Shown here: positions 13,286 to 26,020 of the stretch, one piece after another
Numbering within the stretch: position 1 is the first letter of the stretch
How the letters are laid out: the number at the start of each line of letters is the position of its first letter
Assembly (NCBI GenBank): GCA_951406725.2
Contig: OX597817.1
Span: 152,706,001 to 152,770,000, forward strand
Direction of reading: 5' to 3'
Source of the DNA: Octopus vulgaris
Taxonomy: Eukaryota
Length of the DNA stretch: 64,000 nt
Program-made: the position numbers and the translations under genes
Notes under the pieces: model-generated
Told to the model about the DNA's origin: nothing
Seen by the model: only the letters and a program-made list of their open reading frames with translations
Databases searched by the model: none

Positions 13286-13726
13286 TCTCTCTATATATAA
13301 ACGGCAGTTTGTCTGTCTGTGTGTCTGTGTGTCTGTCAGGTTGTACCCTCACCCTGACCACGGCTTTCAACCGATTCTGATGAAACTTGACACACACATA
13401 GCCCAATGTCATAATTCAAAACTAACGCAGCGAAAAGTTTGAAAAGTTCCCACAGTTCTGAAAAAAAATCGATAAATTCGACATGGGGTCGAGAATCTCA
13501 GCTTTTTATATGCAACACATTTTCTGTCTAGGGGACACAACTCGACCTTTTTATCGCCCAAAGGGACAGCTAGGAACATTGCATACACAGAAGTATTCGA
13601 GTGAAGAGAAGACATTGCAACCTACACATGCGCCTTCGTTCCCTAGAGGGAAAGGACTAGATTGGGATTAGTCGTTGCCTACTAGGGGCTCTTACATACC
13701 CGGGCAACGCCGGGCTATGCTGCTAG
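13286..13726 (+). mobile_element. Non-autonomous Helitron
   Basis: A|TC start (TCTCTCTATATATAAA), internal (GTCT)n, subterminal hairpin CCCGG-GCAACG-CCGGG, CTAG|T end. Confidence 0.8.
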
Positions 13727-14821
13727 TATATATATAAGCATAAACCTAGGTAGAAAGGCAGATAGACACGGTATGCTTAATGCTTATAATTGTATGGAAT
13801 ACAAATTACAGATTACAGAATACAGAAGGTAATTGGAGTTATGTAACAGAAAAGCATGACGAGGGACCTTTCTTAACACTAACTTTAAGTGTAAGAGGCT
13901 CTGGATGAAAATGTTGGAGTTTAAGTTATGGTCCGTTTTAGCGCTACTCTATGTTATCTACATCACGTTTACTTTGCGTTCTCCTACACACTGCTTATGT
14001 ATGTATCTATATATGAGTCGATATGGCCCTCGAGTTGGTTGGTTTTTTTCCCCCATTAGTTATCATATTGTCTGTTGTTGCTGTCATTTGCACTGTGACG
14101 GCATATTTCGTGATTGAGGCTCTTAGTGTTCGATTATAAAACCGGATTTGACTTCAGTTACTTTTGAATACTAATCAGTTATTTAGGTTAATGTAAATTG
14201 AACTCTTTCAGTTGGTTGTAGTCACCGTCGTAGTAACAACAACAAAAACAACAACAACAACAACAACAATAACAACAACAACAACAATAGCAGCAAATAA
14301 AAACAGTCGCTTCTTTTTATTGTTGTTATCGAACAGTGAGTGAGTCACAATTTCCTATAGCTTTGAAGATTAGTTATATTTGTTGTCGACTTTGCCCATT
14401 TAAACCATTTATTATTATTATTATTTTTTTTTTCGCCATTAATGTGTTCTGTCTTGTTGCGGAATTGACCAGCAGCGCTGTATGCGCTGGTCGTTTCAAT
14501 TGCGTCGTTTGTTTATGATGAAGGAGGAAGACATAAAGGGAAGAGTAAAACAGTAACAGGAAGTTGGAGATATGAAATGAGCATCTCCCTCTTCAGTGGT
14601 GGCGACGTTATTATGATCATCGCCTTCAGTTGTGGCATTGCAATATCTCTTCCTCCGCCATCGTCAGCAATTTAAAATATGGTGGTAGGAACGATGGCAT
14701 TGAAAAAAAAACCCAAAAAACAAAAGAAAAAATACAACAAAAACATGAATAAATAAAGCAGACATTTGGTGATTTTAACAAAGGACATAACCATCACCAT
14801 TACTACCAGAAATATCTTTTC

Positions 14822-14950
14822 TACCACCACCACCACCACCACCACCACCACCACCACCACCACCACCACCACCACCACCACCACCACTACCACTACCACT
14901 GCCACCACCACCACCACCACCACCACCACCACCGCCGCCGCCACCATCAC
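14822..14950. repeat. (ACC)n microsatellite
   Basis: Directly visible. Confidence 0.95.
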
Positions 14951-15249
14951 CAGCATCACATCACCTTATTCACTATCTCCACTACAACCGCTGTCACTAT
15001 CAGCGCCTTCCGTCCCCGCAGAAGCAGGAATAGCAAGCAACAGGAACAAAACTAGCAACAACTCCACCTTCAATCCCCACAAATAATAACAACAACAAGA
15101 ATAAGAGCAAACACCCTCTCAAAAAGAAAAAAACTTTAGTTCAAATGACTAAAATCTCGAGAATCTATGCACGGCGGTCATTGTCAAAAGCCTTCAGTTA
15201 GTCAATTTATGCTTTGCTCAAATCTTTCTTTCTCTCGTTACGATCTTCA

Positions 15250-15950
15250 GTTAAGTCTTTTTGATCAAAAATTGATCTTTATAAGCATGTTAGACCTGTG
15301 CAGTATTCCTTCTTCTCCTATGGAAACCTTTCTTTTTCTCATCTATTTGCTTATCCTCCCCAATAGTATTACAGCTAAAGTTTTGTAAGCTATAGGAGAC
15401 AGGCTATTTGTCTGTAGTTAGTATTTAGAATCTATTATCTTCTTTCGACTTGGAGACTAATGTAGCCTTCCTCTCAGAGAGTCAGTCAGGTGTTATTTTC
15501 AGCTTCATCAATACTCATTGCTAATTTATATTTTACTTCCCTTGCTGTTGGTGTTGGATTGATTTCTATTTTATTTTTAATTAGTTCTGTATTAAAGTTT
15601 TTCTTAGAGTCTGTTTTGTTTAAAGAATTATTGTTGCTTTTCATGCCGACATACTCTTTGTGATTTAACGAAGATCTCTTGTTTCAAGCCTTCTTTGATT
15701 TCGCAGACTTCTTTTCTGTTATCTTATATTTCTTTAGCATTTGCCTTTCTGTTTCTTTCAGTTCTTTCTTTTCATTATTGATCTCATTAGGAATTGAGAG
15801 CTCTTTTGTCGTATTTTCTTTTCTGTATAATTGTTGTCCACGTTGTTCGTTTGGGTTTTGATATTCCCATATGAGTAGATCTGAGAGAGCATCCACTTTC
15901 TTTTGTAATTACAGTAGATGCCGTATGTATGATTGCATTTAACCTTGTGA
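15250..15950 (-). pseudogene. Highly degenerate non-LTR retrotransposon fragment (RT N-terminal region)
   Basis: Minus strand near 15260-15425 gives NYRQIACL..YKTLAVI...KDQFLIKK, resembling NYRPI.CL...YK....G.KDQL.I.K of R4-type RTs. Confidence 0.4.
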
Positions 15951-16681
15951 TATTGATGTTCGTATCCGTTTACAATTATGATAGCTAGGTCTGCGTATTT
16001 TATTATTGTTGCTATTTTATTGTGAGTATTATCACTGGGAGATGCTTTCCTTAGCCGATAGGCCGATCATCTATTGTTTTTAATTTTTTGCTTCCTCTTT
16101 TATATTGTCATGTTCATGACTTCGACGTTTAGAATTTTTTATTCATAAATTTTCCTCATATTTCCATTTAATTATATTTTTGTTCCTGTTGCTTAGGTTT
16201 GGTTCTTCTTGGTCAGTAGTCTGTATTCTAGGGATTGATTTTGTCTTTGTATTTTCTAATTCATATTGGTTGGTTTGCACGCGATAGGCTTTTCCCAAAG
16301 TTTTATTATCACTGTTTTTTTCTGACGGTTGGTGTGTGTGTGTGTGCGTGGGGCTGTTGATTACTAATACTTGTGCAATATATTTTTTCTTATAAATGTT
16401 TTATTTCGATTTCTGTTATTTTTTGCTCTTGTGAGTGTATCATAAGTCAGCTAGTTCTTTTGGGATCCAACGTTACCTTTATATTCAGGCTATTTCCTTT
16501 TCAAATATTATATAAATTGTACTTAGTTTTTTGTTGTTGTTGTAGTTACGTTTTTATGTAAAGTAGAGCTGTAGAATAGGCATGTAGAATAGAAACGTAT
16601 TTCCCTCGTGTATCTTTATGTCTTTTACCTTTTTAAAATTTTTTATATTATTTCTACTTTTGCAAGACTTGAAGTAAAGTT

Positions 16682-17515
16682 CGACCATTTATTTAGATTC
16701 TCATTAGTGTTTTTTTTTCAGATACCGGTTTGTTTCGAGCGATGTCGAGTTTTGAAAGCTCAATTTTTCGGCCTGTTTTGATATATTAGACCCCAAAGTA
16801 CACAATCCCTTATTAATTTCGGGTGGAATGAGGCAGTTTGTATTTGTATCCTTTGTCATTTTGTGGAGTACAGAATCAGACTAGTGTTGATATGGAATGT
16901 GCTCCATTAGTTTCTTTATATGTGGTGCCACATCACCCGCTACTACGAGATTTAATATACGTAAGCAGAAATTATCAAGAAACATATAATGAAAAGAAGC
17001 ATAACAAGTAACTGCAGAATATGTGGTGATGGGCAAGAAACAATAAATCATATTATCTCTGGCTGCCCAGTCCTGGCTAAGAAGGAATATGTTCATAGAC
17101 ACGACCATTTATTTAGATTCTCCTTAGTTTTTTTTTTTCAGATACCGGTTTGTTTCGAGCGATGTCGAGTTTTGAAAGCGCAATTTTTCGGCCTTTTTTA
17201 AAATATATATTAGACCCTAAAGTACACAATCCTTTTTTAACTTCGAGTGCAATGAGGTGGTTTGTATTTGTATCCTTTATCATTTTATGGAGTGTAGAAT
17301 CAGACTAGTGTCGATATGGAATGTGCTCCATTAGTTTCTTTAAGATCAGAAGCCATGAGAGCCACTACTTGGTACTTTATTATTATTTTTTCCCTCCTTT
17401 CTTCAAATTTTCTGTCATTTCTCGCCGCGTATTTTCCATACGCCTAGGGCAGAGGAGCTCATTGTATGCATTCCCACATCACTGGCTACTACGAGATTTC
17501 TTATACATAAGCTAT
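16682..17515. repeat. Diverged ~235-bp direct duplication (16682-16917, 17102-17342) with an R4/Dong zinc-knuckle fragment (16968-17105) between the copies
   Basis: Repeated CGACCATTTATTTAGATTCTC...GGAATGTGCTCCATTAGTTTCTT; the insert encodes CRICGDGQETINHIISGCPVLAKKEY..RHD as at 56880-57015. Confidence 0.85.
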
Positions 17516-17784
17516 GTGAGTTAATGTTGAAAACATTTTTCAAGTAAAACTCACACAGTTATCCTTCAATATTTTCGCCATTTTTTTCACTTTGAATTGC
17601 TGTTTTTATTGATGTTATCCTTAGCTTTTTCGGAGCAGTCAAGTAGCACTCTCATGTTAAACATATCAAACATCTCAAAGTTCTTGTTAATAATAATGAT
17701 ATTGATGATGACGAAAATAATAATAATAATAATAATAATAATGATGATGATGATGATAATAATATTATTAATAATAATAATAAA

Positions 17785-18327
17785 TGCCATGATGCAGTAC
17801 CAGACAGTGGCTCTCATGGCTTCTGATCTCAACTGACTGGAAGTGCTTTCATGTACATGTTTTGTCTTGGTATAAAAGATGGGCTACAGCAAATATTCCG
17901 CTCAATACCACAGATTTGCTTGTCAGTTGTTTAACCATAAGCAGTTGAGCATGTCCCTTAGTGGCTGACGATATGTACATCTCTGATCACGAACAGAAAT
18001 AGTGGGGGAACTTCGTAGCCATGTGTTGAGAGGAATTCTTTGGGGTTTGGATAAATCACCTCATGAGTGTTTCATTCAGCATCCTTTAACAACCCTTATT
18101 CAGGTAGCTTTTTAGCCAGATGGGCTACTTGACGTGAGGAAAATTGCAACTGGGCCCCACCTGCAACGTCATGTACTGTTTATTTTGATATGAGTTCATG
18201 TCGTGCACGTATGGTTGTGATACATGTTCCTGGTGTACCCTTATCAGACGGGTAGTCCTGATGGGTATACTGGGCTTCATATATTTTACCCAGTGTCACT
18301 TTGATGGCATGTCCCGCTCTCTCACTC
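17785..18327 (+). mobile_element. ~540-bp non-coding interspersed element bounded by (TAA)n
   Basis: Homologous to 55768-56270(+) and 42999-43692(-); ends GCTCTCTCACTC followed by (AAT)n. Confidence 0.8.
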
Positions 18328-18423
<96 letters not shown>

Positions 18424-18765
18424 AAAAAAATAAATAAATAAATAAAATAAAAATAATAAAAATAATAATAATAATGATAAAAATAATAATGATGATAAAA
18501 ATAATAATAATGATAAAAATAATAATAATGATAAAAATAATAATAATGATAAAAATAAAAATAATGATAAAAATAAAAAGAATGATGAAAATAATAATAA
18601 TGATGAAAATAATAATAATGATGAAAATAATAATAATGATAAAAATAAAAATAATGATAAAAATAAAAATAATGATATTATTAATAAATAATGATAATAA
18701 TAATAAATAATGATGATAATAATAATAAATAATGTTAGTAATAATAAATAATGATAATAATAATA

Positions 18766-18798
<33 letters not shown>

Positions 18799-18847
18799 TA
18801 ATAATAATAATAATAAATAATAATAATAATAAATAATAATAATAATA

Positions 18848-18938
<91 letters not shown>

Positions 18939-19070
18939 TAATAATAATAATAATAAATAATAATAGTAATAATAAATAATAATAATAATAAATAATAATA
19001 ATAATAAATAATAATAATAAATAATAATAATAATAATGATAAATGACGACGACGACGATGATAATAATAC
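18328..19070. repeat. Long compound (AAT)n/(GAT)n tract
   Basis: Directly visible. Confidence 0.95.
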
Positions 19071-19104
19071 ATTATTCTGATAAAGATAAATGAGATTCGA
19101 GAGA

Positions 19105-19310
19105 GTTGGGCTCTGCTCAATTTGAATGAGACGAAAGTTTTCGATCAGGTCGAACATCGTGACGGAAAGCATTCGGTATTTGCGCTCGGTTTAAGTGTCT
19201 AGATTGCTGCAATATACAGCGGCCTCTACTGGGTGGTCAGAGTAAACGGCTACATCTCGGAACCGTTATGTTTCACGCGCCTGGTCCATAAGAAGTGTTC
19301 CCTAATCTCG
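19105..19310 (+). pseudogene. Old Tx1/L1 RT fragment
   Basis: ALLNLNETKVFDQVEH and IAAIYSGLYWVVRVNGYISEP align with ALINLDQSKAFDRVDH and IAALYSNICSVIRVNGHLSEP of ORF 39715-42042. Confidence 0.7.
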
Positions 19311-19477
19311 TTTGCACTTCAACTCCTTCCATCAGACTTGGAATACCACTAAGCCTCGTGCCAATGTTACGTGTGTTCATAGTTGGTAGTCAAACGAAGA
19401 AAGATTCTCGATCAGGCAAGGAATATGAATATCAATGGTCTGTCTATTCACTCTATTACTAGTGAAGAATTGGAGAG

Positions 19478-19857
19478 GAGGCGCAATGGCCCAGTGGTTA
19501 GGGCAGCGGACTCGCGGTCATAGGATCGCGGTTTCGATTCCCAGACCGGGCGTTGTGAGTGTTTATTGAGCGAAAACACCTAAAGCTCACGAGGCTCCGG
19601 CAGTGGGTGGTGGTGATCCCTGCTGTACTCTTTCACCACAACTTTCTCTCACTCTTACTTCCTGTTTCTGTTGTACTTGTATTTCAAAGGGCCGGCCTTT
19701 TTACTCTCTGTGTCACGCTGAATATCCCCGAGAACTACGTTAAGGGTACACGTGTCTGTGGAGTGCTCAGCCACTTACACGTTAATTTCACGAGCAGGCT
19801 GTTCCGTTGATTCGGATCAACCACAGCCCTCGTCGTCGTAAACGACGGAGTGCTCCC
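19478..19857 (+). mobile_element. tRNA-derived SINE family C
   Basis: Head GGCGCAATGGCCCAGTGGTTAGGGCAGCGGACTCGCGGTC...GGTTTCGATTCCC with A/B boxes; body shared with 45836-46158 and 33460-33790. Confidence 0.8.
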
Positions 19858-20399
19858 ATCATCACTACTAGTGAAGGATTGGAATTGACAAGAATATTGT
19901 ATATGTTGATGCTGTGAAAAAAAGCTAGACTGACAAAAGAATACTTCAGCAAACTTCTAAAGTGGATACATGTATTACTTAGACTTATATAGAATCAACC
20001 TCATCATGGAAGGACCTATAAGTGGTAGCTAGAAATAGCAGCACAATCTATCTTAAATCACATCCACGTCTTAATACAGGACGAACGCATTAAATAATGC
20101 AGCCCTATATGCTCCTTAAAAGACTGTATGATCGTGGCTTAAGTATTTTCCTATCAGAATTAAATCAGGACTAAGCAACATCCTGCTTGCAGTATTGATC
20201 TTTAAAAGCATGTAGTATAGATTTATACTTAGCGTTAAGTGACTGTATCGGCTGTAAACAAAGATAGTAATTGCAATAGGACACGAACCAACCATCTACC
20301 CAACCCTTAGCACGTTGTCCCGTAACCTTATAACTCAAGAATACTTGCTCTCATTTAACGAACTGTGTCAATGTGTATATAGTGGTATGCACATATAGG

Positions 20400-21850
20400 C
20401 CAGCAGTTTTGGGATTAAATCGACCTAAGTGCTCAACTGGTACTTATTTTATCGACCCAGAATGGATGAAAGGCAAAGTCGACCTTGGCCAAACTTGAAC
20501 CCAGAACGTAAAGGCATTTTCCCCGTCGTACTAACGATTCTGTCGGCTAGCCGCCTGAAATAACGTTCCTTCCCGAGTCATATGGACTCATAGAGCCGGT
20601 TTCTCAGTTTCCACGGCGTATATATTCCCCACTTGGACGGGACACCCGTCCTTCGCAGAATTACTCATTTTTGCCAGCTGAGTGGACTGGAGCAACTTGA
20701 AATGAAGTGTGTTGCTCAAGAACACAACGCGTCGCCCGGTCCAGGAATCGAAACCACAATCTTACGCTCATGAATCCAACACCCTAACCACTAAACCACG
20801 CGCTTCCACATATTGATATACACGATTCTAGGTAATTTGACTCCTAGTAATTTCACTCCCGGTATTTTGGCTCCATTAATTTGACCCCCGGTAATTTCAC
20901 TCCTAATATTAGAAAAAAGAAGAATAAGACCGATAGAATAAGTATGAGGCTTAAAAAAATAATAGGATCAATTCATTCGAGTAAATAAATTTTACCTAGG
21001 CGGTGCCCCAGCATGGCTGCAGTCTAATGACTGAGACAAGTAAAAGATAAAAGATAAAAGAATAACATGCTTCTAAGTGAAGGGAAGATTTGTAATGCCT
21101 AAATACCGCTGTTGTAAGACAAAAAGTATTTTGGTCGTCCAAAAGCCAACAAATACCAATAAAAGACAAAACTTTTATTTTATTGATTTAGCGAGCTTGA
21201 GTAATATCACTGTATCAAGAAGAGCATTGAATGTTGTTATACACCGCTGGTCACAATGCGCTTCCTCGTGTTATAACTTTCTGATGATGCCATCCCACTG
21301 TCTAGGTGGGCAGGTCAAAACCCTTCTCCTCTGAATTGGAACGCCAGTCCGTCGCTGGGTTACAAATTTACAGGTGAGCGGACTAGAGTAATGTTAAATG
21401 AAGTGTTTTGCCTCGAGAACCCAACTCACCGCCCGTCTAGGAATCGAAACCACGACTTTGCGACCGTGAGTGCAACACCCTGATCAGTAGGCTACGCGCC
21501 TTAACTTGAGCGATATCTGAGACTCCCTTCGGTCACGACACAGACCATGGGATTGCACCTAGAAAGCCACCCTCCCAGGCACAAGTCCGAGCAAGGTTGT
21601 TTATGACCAGCAGTCGGCCATGCATACCGGCCTCCCCTCTCCATGCTACCAGTGTTATCCAAGGGAAAGGCAACGGCAGATACAGCTTGGCACCTGTGAT
21701 GTCGCAACTCATTTCTACAGCTGAGTGAACTGGAGCAACGTGAAATAAACAATTGCTCAAGAACACAACACGCAGCCCGGTCCAGGATTCGAGCTCACAA
21801 CCTCACGATCGTAAGCTCGACGCTCTAACCACTGAGCCATGCGCGTTCAC
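20400..21850. mobile_element. SINE cluster: family B 20400-20560(-), family C 20565-20810(-), 21240-21500(-), 21520-21850(-), family A tail 20925-21062(+)
   Basis: Shared CAGCTGAGTGAACTGGAGCAACGTGAAATAAAGTG...GCTCAAGAACACAAC core with tRNA-like heads on the minus strand. Confidence 0.75.
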
Positions 21851-21957
21851 CTTGAGAGATATATCAGTGGTAATATCAATGCTTTCCCTTCTAATAAACA
21901 CTACGGATCATACCGAGTGTACATTATTTAACCCTTCTAATTTCAGTGATGTCGTTT

Positions 21958-23342
21958 ATATACGACTTTTATTTTTTCCCGCCAAAACTAATGCCGTGTG
22001 AGCAAAATCTTTTGAGTGGGATGTGAACCACCCTTCATGCACATGCGTGAAAATTTTCGTGTGGTAGGCCGCAGCAGTTCCCGGCTATTACACCTAGAGT
22101 ACAGATGTGTAGTAGAATTCCCGGCTGGTATTATTCGAGTACAGATGATTTCACGCAAGATGACCGAATGCGTCAAGCGGAGACCATACGCCTATGTCTC
22201 ATCATCAGTGATAATGGTCTCCATAAAGTCTGAGTAGGAGTTTGCACAGTCCAGCATGTCCTGAGCGATTTCCATGCGGACTTGCTTTTGTTGTTCCGCC
22301 AGTACCTTATTTCATCAAATTTGTCATGAAGACAGTGCACAGATTAGGTAGCTTTGCGGGCTGGACAAGACATTAATGAAAGGAATGACAGTGATACGAG
22401 AATAATAAGGATGAGAGAAGACAGAAAGCGCCCGCCGACCCTCTGCTTCTCTATAACATTCATCTTAAGCAATACATTACATGAGGCAATGAAACTCTTA
22501 TAATTCGTCTAAAGTGACAACAATATTAATCATTATACAAATATAAAAATATATTTACATATTTCGGTGCTAAGCCTATTCTTCGTCCCCGACCAGGCTG
22601 TGAGCTGTCCATAGGTACTGCTCCAGACCCCGGTCGGAGCCCCCAAAATTCACTCGAAACAAGTTCTTCGTAAAGGAGCCCAACACCCTGGACATGTTGA
22701 CCTCCGATATGACCTTCGCAGTCACCTGCGAAAGCCAATTCGGGTTTTCAGTCCAAGCTAAGGGCTCCTCCCTCCAGCCTTCTCGCTTCCTTAGGAAGAG
22801 TACACCTCACATGCACAAATCTTCTGTTAAAATGGAATGCACTGATCCCGTTCGTTCTTGTTCCTATTCCGTGAGCAATTTCGTGGATCGTTGCACGACG
22901 GCCCTCCACGGCTATTCGCCGAACCTTCTCAATCAGCTATTCGTTTCGACTTGTGGATAGCCTGCCTGAGCGTATCTCGCTCTCCGCTGAGATGCAGCCA
23001 TGTTTGAAGCGATTGTACCACTACTTAATCTGAGATTTGCCTATGGCATCATCGCCAAAGGCCTGCTGAATCTTCTGGATTGTTTGAGCTTGAGTATCAT
23101 CAAGCGTTTCGCAAAACTTGATGCAATATCTCTGCTTGATGCGTTCGGTGAAAACGAAAATCCAACATACTACACGACAGTACTCTAGACGTAACAGCTG
23201 GGAACTAACGCGACCTATCAGCGCGAAATTTTTAATGCATTTGCAGAAAGAGTGGCGTCATCTCCTACCCAAAGGATTTGCCCACGCGGTATTAGTTTTC
23301 GCAGGAAGAATAAAGTCGGATACATTTTGAACACACCTCGTA
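21958..23342 (-). mobile_element. Mariner transposon remnant with two 5' ends and an internal insertion
   Basis: Right end reads TACGAGGTGTGTTCAAAATGTATCCGAC on the minus strand; peptides TERIKQRYCIKFC..TIQKIQQAFGDDA..WYNRFK..RSGR and QKQVRMEIAQDMLDCANSYSDFMETIITDDET. Confidence 0.8.
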
Positions 23343-23391
23343 TGTATTAGCTTTTAATTCTTATCGTTGGAAATAATATATACAAAAGAGA

Positions 23392-23708
23392 CCGTAAATA
23401 CTCGTGTATAATCCGCATTTTTACCCCAAAATCCCTAGTGCGTATTATATACGAGGTTAAAAATGAAAATTATTTTCTAAGCAATGTTCAAGTCTCTATT
23501 TGCTGTCCGGCAATGTTTATTCAGACGCATTTTGTGATGTCGGGCGCGAAGATACCTTAAGCTAAGCCTAAAAGCAATGACGTTATAAAATAATCATCCA
23601 TAACTTGCAGTAAGCAACATTTATTAAACGTTATTACTGTTATTACTGTTATTTCTTTATTTTCTGCAAACTAAATGCCCCAAAATGCTACACATTTGCA
23701 TTATGTTA

Positions 23709-23740
<32 letters not shown>

Positions 23741-23912
23741 AGGACGTTACCGCATACATTTTTACAAACCAAGGACGTTATATAGACCTCCTTGACTCAA
23801 GTTAGAGAAGGGGTGCGTATAATACACAAGGTTTAGGTTTTTCAGAGGTACAGCCCTCTAAAAATCTCCTGCGTATTATACTCAAGGGTGGACAATACTC
23901 GAGGATTTACGG
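23392..23912. mobile_element. MITE with CCGTA termini (Tc1/mariner-pogo type)
   Basis: Left CCGTAAATACTCGTGTATAATCC versus right reverse complement CCGTAAATCCTCGAGTATTGTCC; subterminal TGCGTATTATAC repeats. Confidence 0.7.
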
Positions 23913-24186
23913 TACACAAATGAAGGTTGAGTTCATAAATGTTTTGTTGGGATGAAAAAATAAAAACTAGTTAATATTTAAATAATAACAAAAACAACAT
24001 CCTTTAGTGGATAATTTTAATCCCAGCATCAATAGTTTCTTCGCTTGTCAAACAAAAAGAAAATGCAAGGAAAACAGTACACATGCATTTTGGTGTGTCT
24101 ATGTAACAAAACACATATGCGCTAATAATTAATGGGACAATGAACTGCATGCATCAACCAAGGCGGAATGAGCAAGTCTACATTAG

Positions 24187-24248
<62 letters not shown>

Positions 24249-24353
24249 GCACGCACGCACGTGAGCACGCACGCACGCACGCACACGCTCGCACGCACGC
24301 ACGCTCGCGCACACACACACACACACACGCACGCACGCACACACACAAACACA

Positions 24354-24385
<32 letters not shown>

Positions 24386-24526
24386 TACACTCACGCACAT
24401 TGCTATTAAAACAACGTCATAATACAGATTTACATTTACCCACTTCAACGGGCAGAAGATTTACATTAAACAGTATAACGTAACCAGAAAGGAAACATCG
24501 AAAGTTGATAACTAAATAATCTGAAG

Positions 24527-24932
24527 TAGGCGTGGCTGTGTGGTAAGTAGCTTGCTAACCAACCGCATGGTTCCGGGTTCAGTCCCACTGCGTGGCATCT
24601 TGGGCAAGTGTCTTCTGCTATAGCCCCGGGCCGACCAATGCCTTGTGAGTGTATTTGGTAGACGGAAACTGAAAGAAGCCTGTCGTATATATGTATATAT
24701 GTGTATGTGTGTGTGTTTGTGTGTCTGTGTTTGTCCCCCTAGCATTGCTTGACAACCGATGCTGGTGTGTGTACGTCCCCGTCACCTAGCGGTTCGGCAA
24801 AAGAGACCGATAGAATAAGTACTGGGCTTACAAAGAATAGGTCTCGGGGTCGATTTGCTCGACTAAAGGCGGTGCTCCAGCATGGCCGCAGTCAAATGAC
24901 TGAAACAAGTAAAAGAGTAAAAGAGTAAAGAG
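24527..24932 (+). mobile_element. SINE family A, young full-length copy
   Basis: tRNA-like head and (GTAAAAGA)n tail; nearly identical to 55083-55481 and 63550-63931. Confidence 0.9.
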
Positions 24933-24978
24933 TTGTTATTGTAGTTAATTCTCCAAGTCAGCCCTGACTAAGAAGACC

Positions 24979-25019
<41 letters not shown>

Positions 25020-25599
25020 GCAAACACACACACCACCAGAAAAGCAGAAACGTACGCAAATACACAAGTATAGGCAGTGTATATTACTTTTTACCTTTAT
25101 AATAATCAACTTAAGATCTAGCAAACACAATTACGAAAGCTAATATATTTTTTTTTTGAATTGATAATAAAATCTATGAAAGGAGACCATGCGATGAAGT
25201 CAGAAACACACACATAGTGACGTGTAGAAACGCTCATGCGCACAAACAACGAGTTGGACGCACACAAACATAAACACACATGCAGTGTAATATTTTATCT
25301 TTCTAATTATTGACTTGAGATCTAGCAAACAGAAGCACAAACGATAATTTGTTAATTAATAACGTAATGTATTTAAGAAGACCAAGAGACGAAGACAAAG
25401 ACGGACACATATACGAACGTACATATTAAGTGGCGCAGGCGTGGCTGTGTGATAAGAAGCTTGTTTCACAACCACATGGTTGCATGAGTCTGCGTTCAGT
25501 CGCATTTCGTGGTACCATGGGTAAGCGTTTTCTTCTACAGCCTCGAGATGACAAACGCCTTGTGAGTGGATTCGGTAAACAGAAACTGAACCAAGCTTG

Positions 25600-25654
<55 letters not shown>

Positions 25655-25663
<9 letters not shown>

Positions 25664-26020
25664 AAACTGAGAATGTGTGTCTGTCTGTCTGTGAGTTTCC
25701 CTAAAACTTGAGAACTACACAACCAATTTCATTCAAATTTCACGCATGCCTTACTTAGGGTCCAGGGAGTGTCATCGACAAAAATAAATTTTAATTTTTT
25801 GCCTAGGGCGAGCCCACAGCAATATCATATCTTCTCCACTACGATTCCCTAAAACTTGAGAACTACACAACCAATTTCAATAAAATTTTACACATGCCTT
25901 ACTTAGGGTCCATGTAGTTTCATGGGCAAAAAAGTTTAACTTCTTGCCTAGAGCGAGCCCACAGCAATATCATATCTTCTCCACTATTTCAGTATTACGT
26001 GTTAAAAGTGAAACAAAAAC
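25655..26020 (+). mobile_element. Helitron-like non-autonomous element with ~140-bp internal tandem duplication, preceded by a SINE A head (25430-25600)
   Basis: (GTCT)n then TTCCCTAAAACTTGAGAACTACACAACCAATTTCA...ATATCATATCTTCTCCACTA twice (25697-25840, 25845-25986); 3' CTAG end not found. Confidence 0.45.

Noticed and set aside
19478-19552. Functional tRNA genes at SINE heads (also 24527, 45836, 63550)
   Set aside because: The cloverleaves are imperfect and run into multi-copy SINE bodies.
20830-20905. 15-bp tandem repeat GGTAATTTSACTCCY (about 5 copies)
   Set aside because: Ordinary short minisatellite with nothing linking it to a function.
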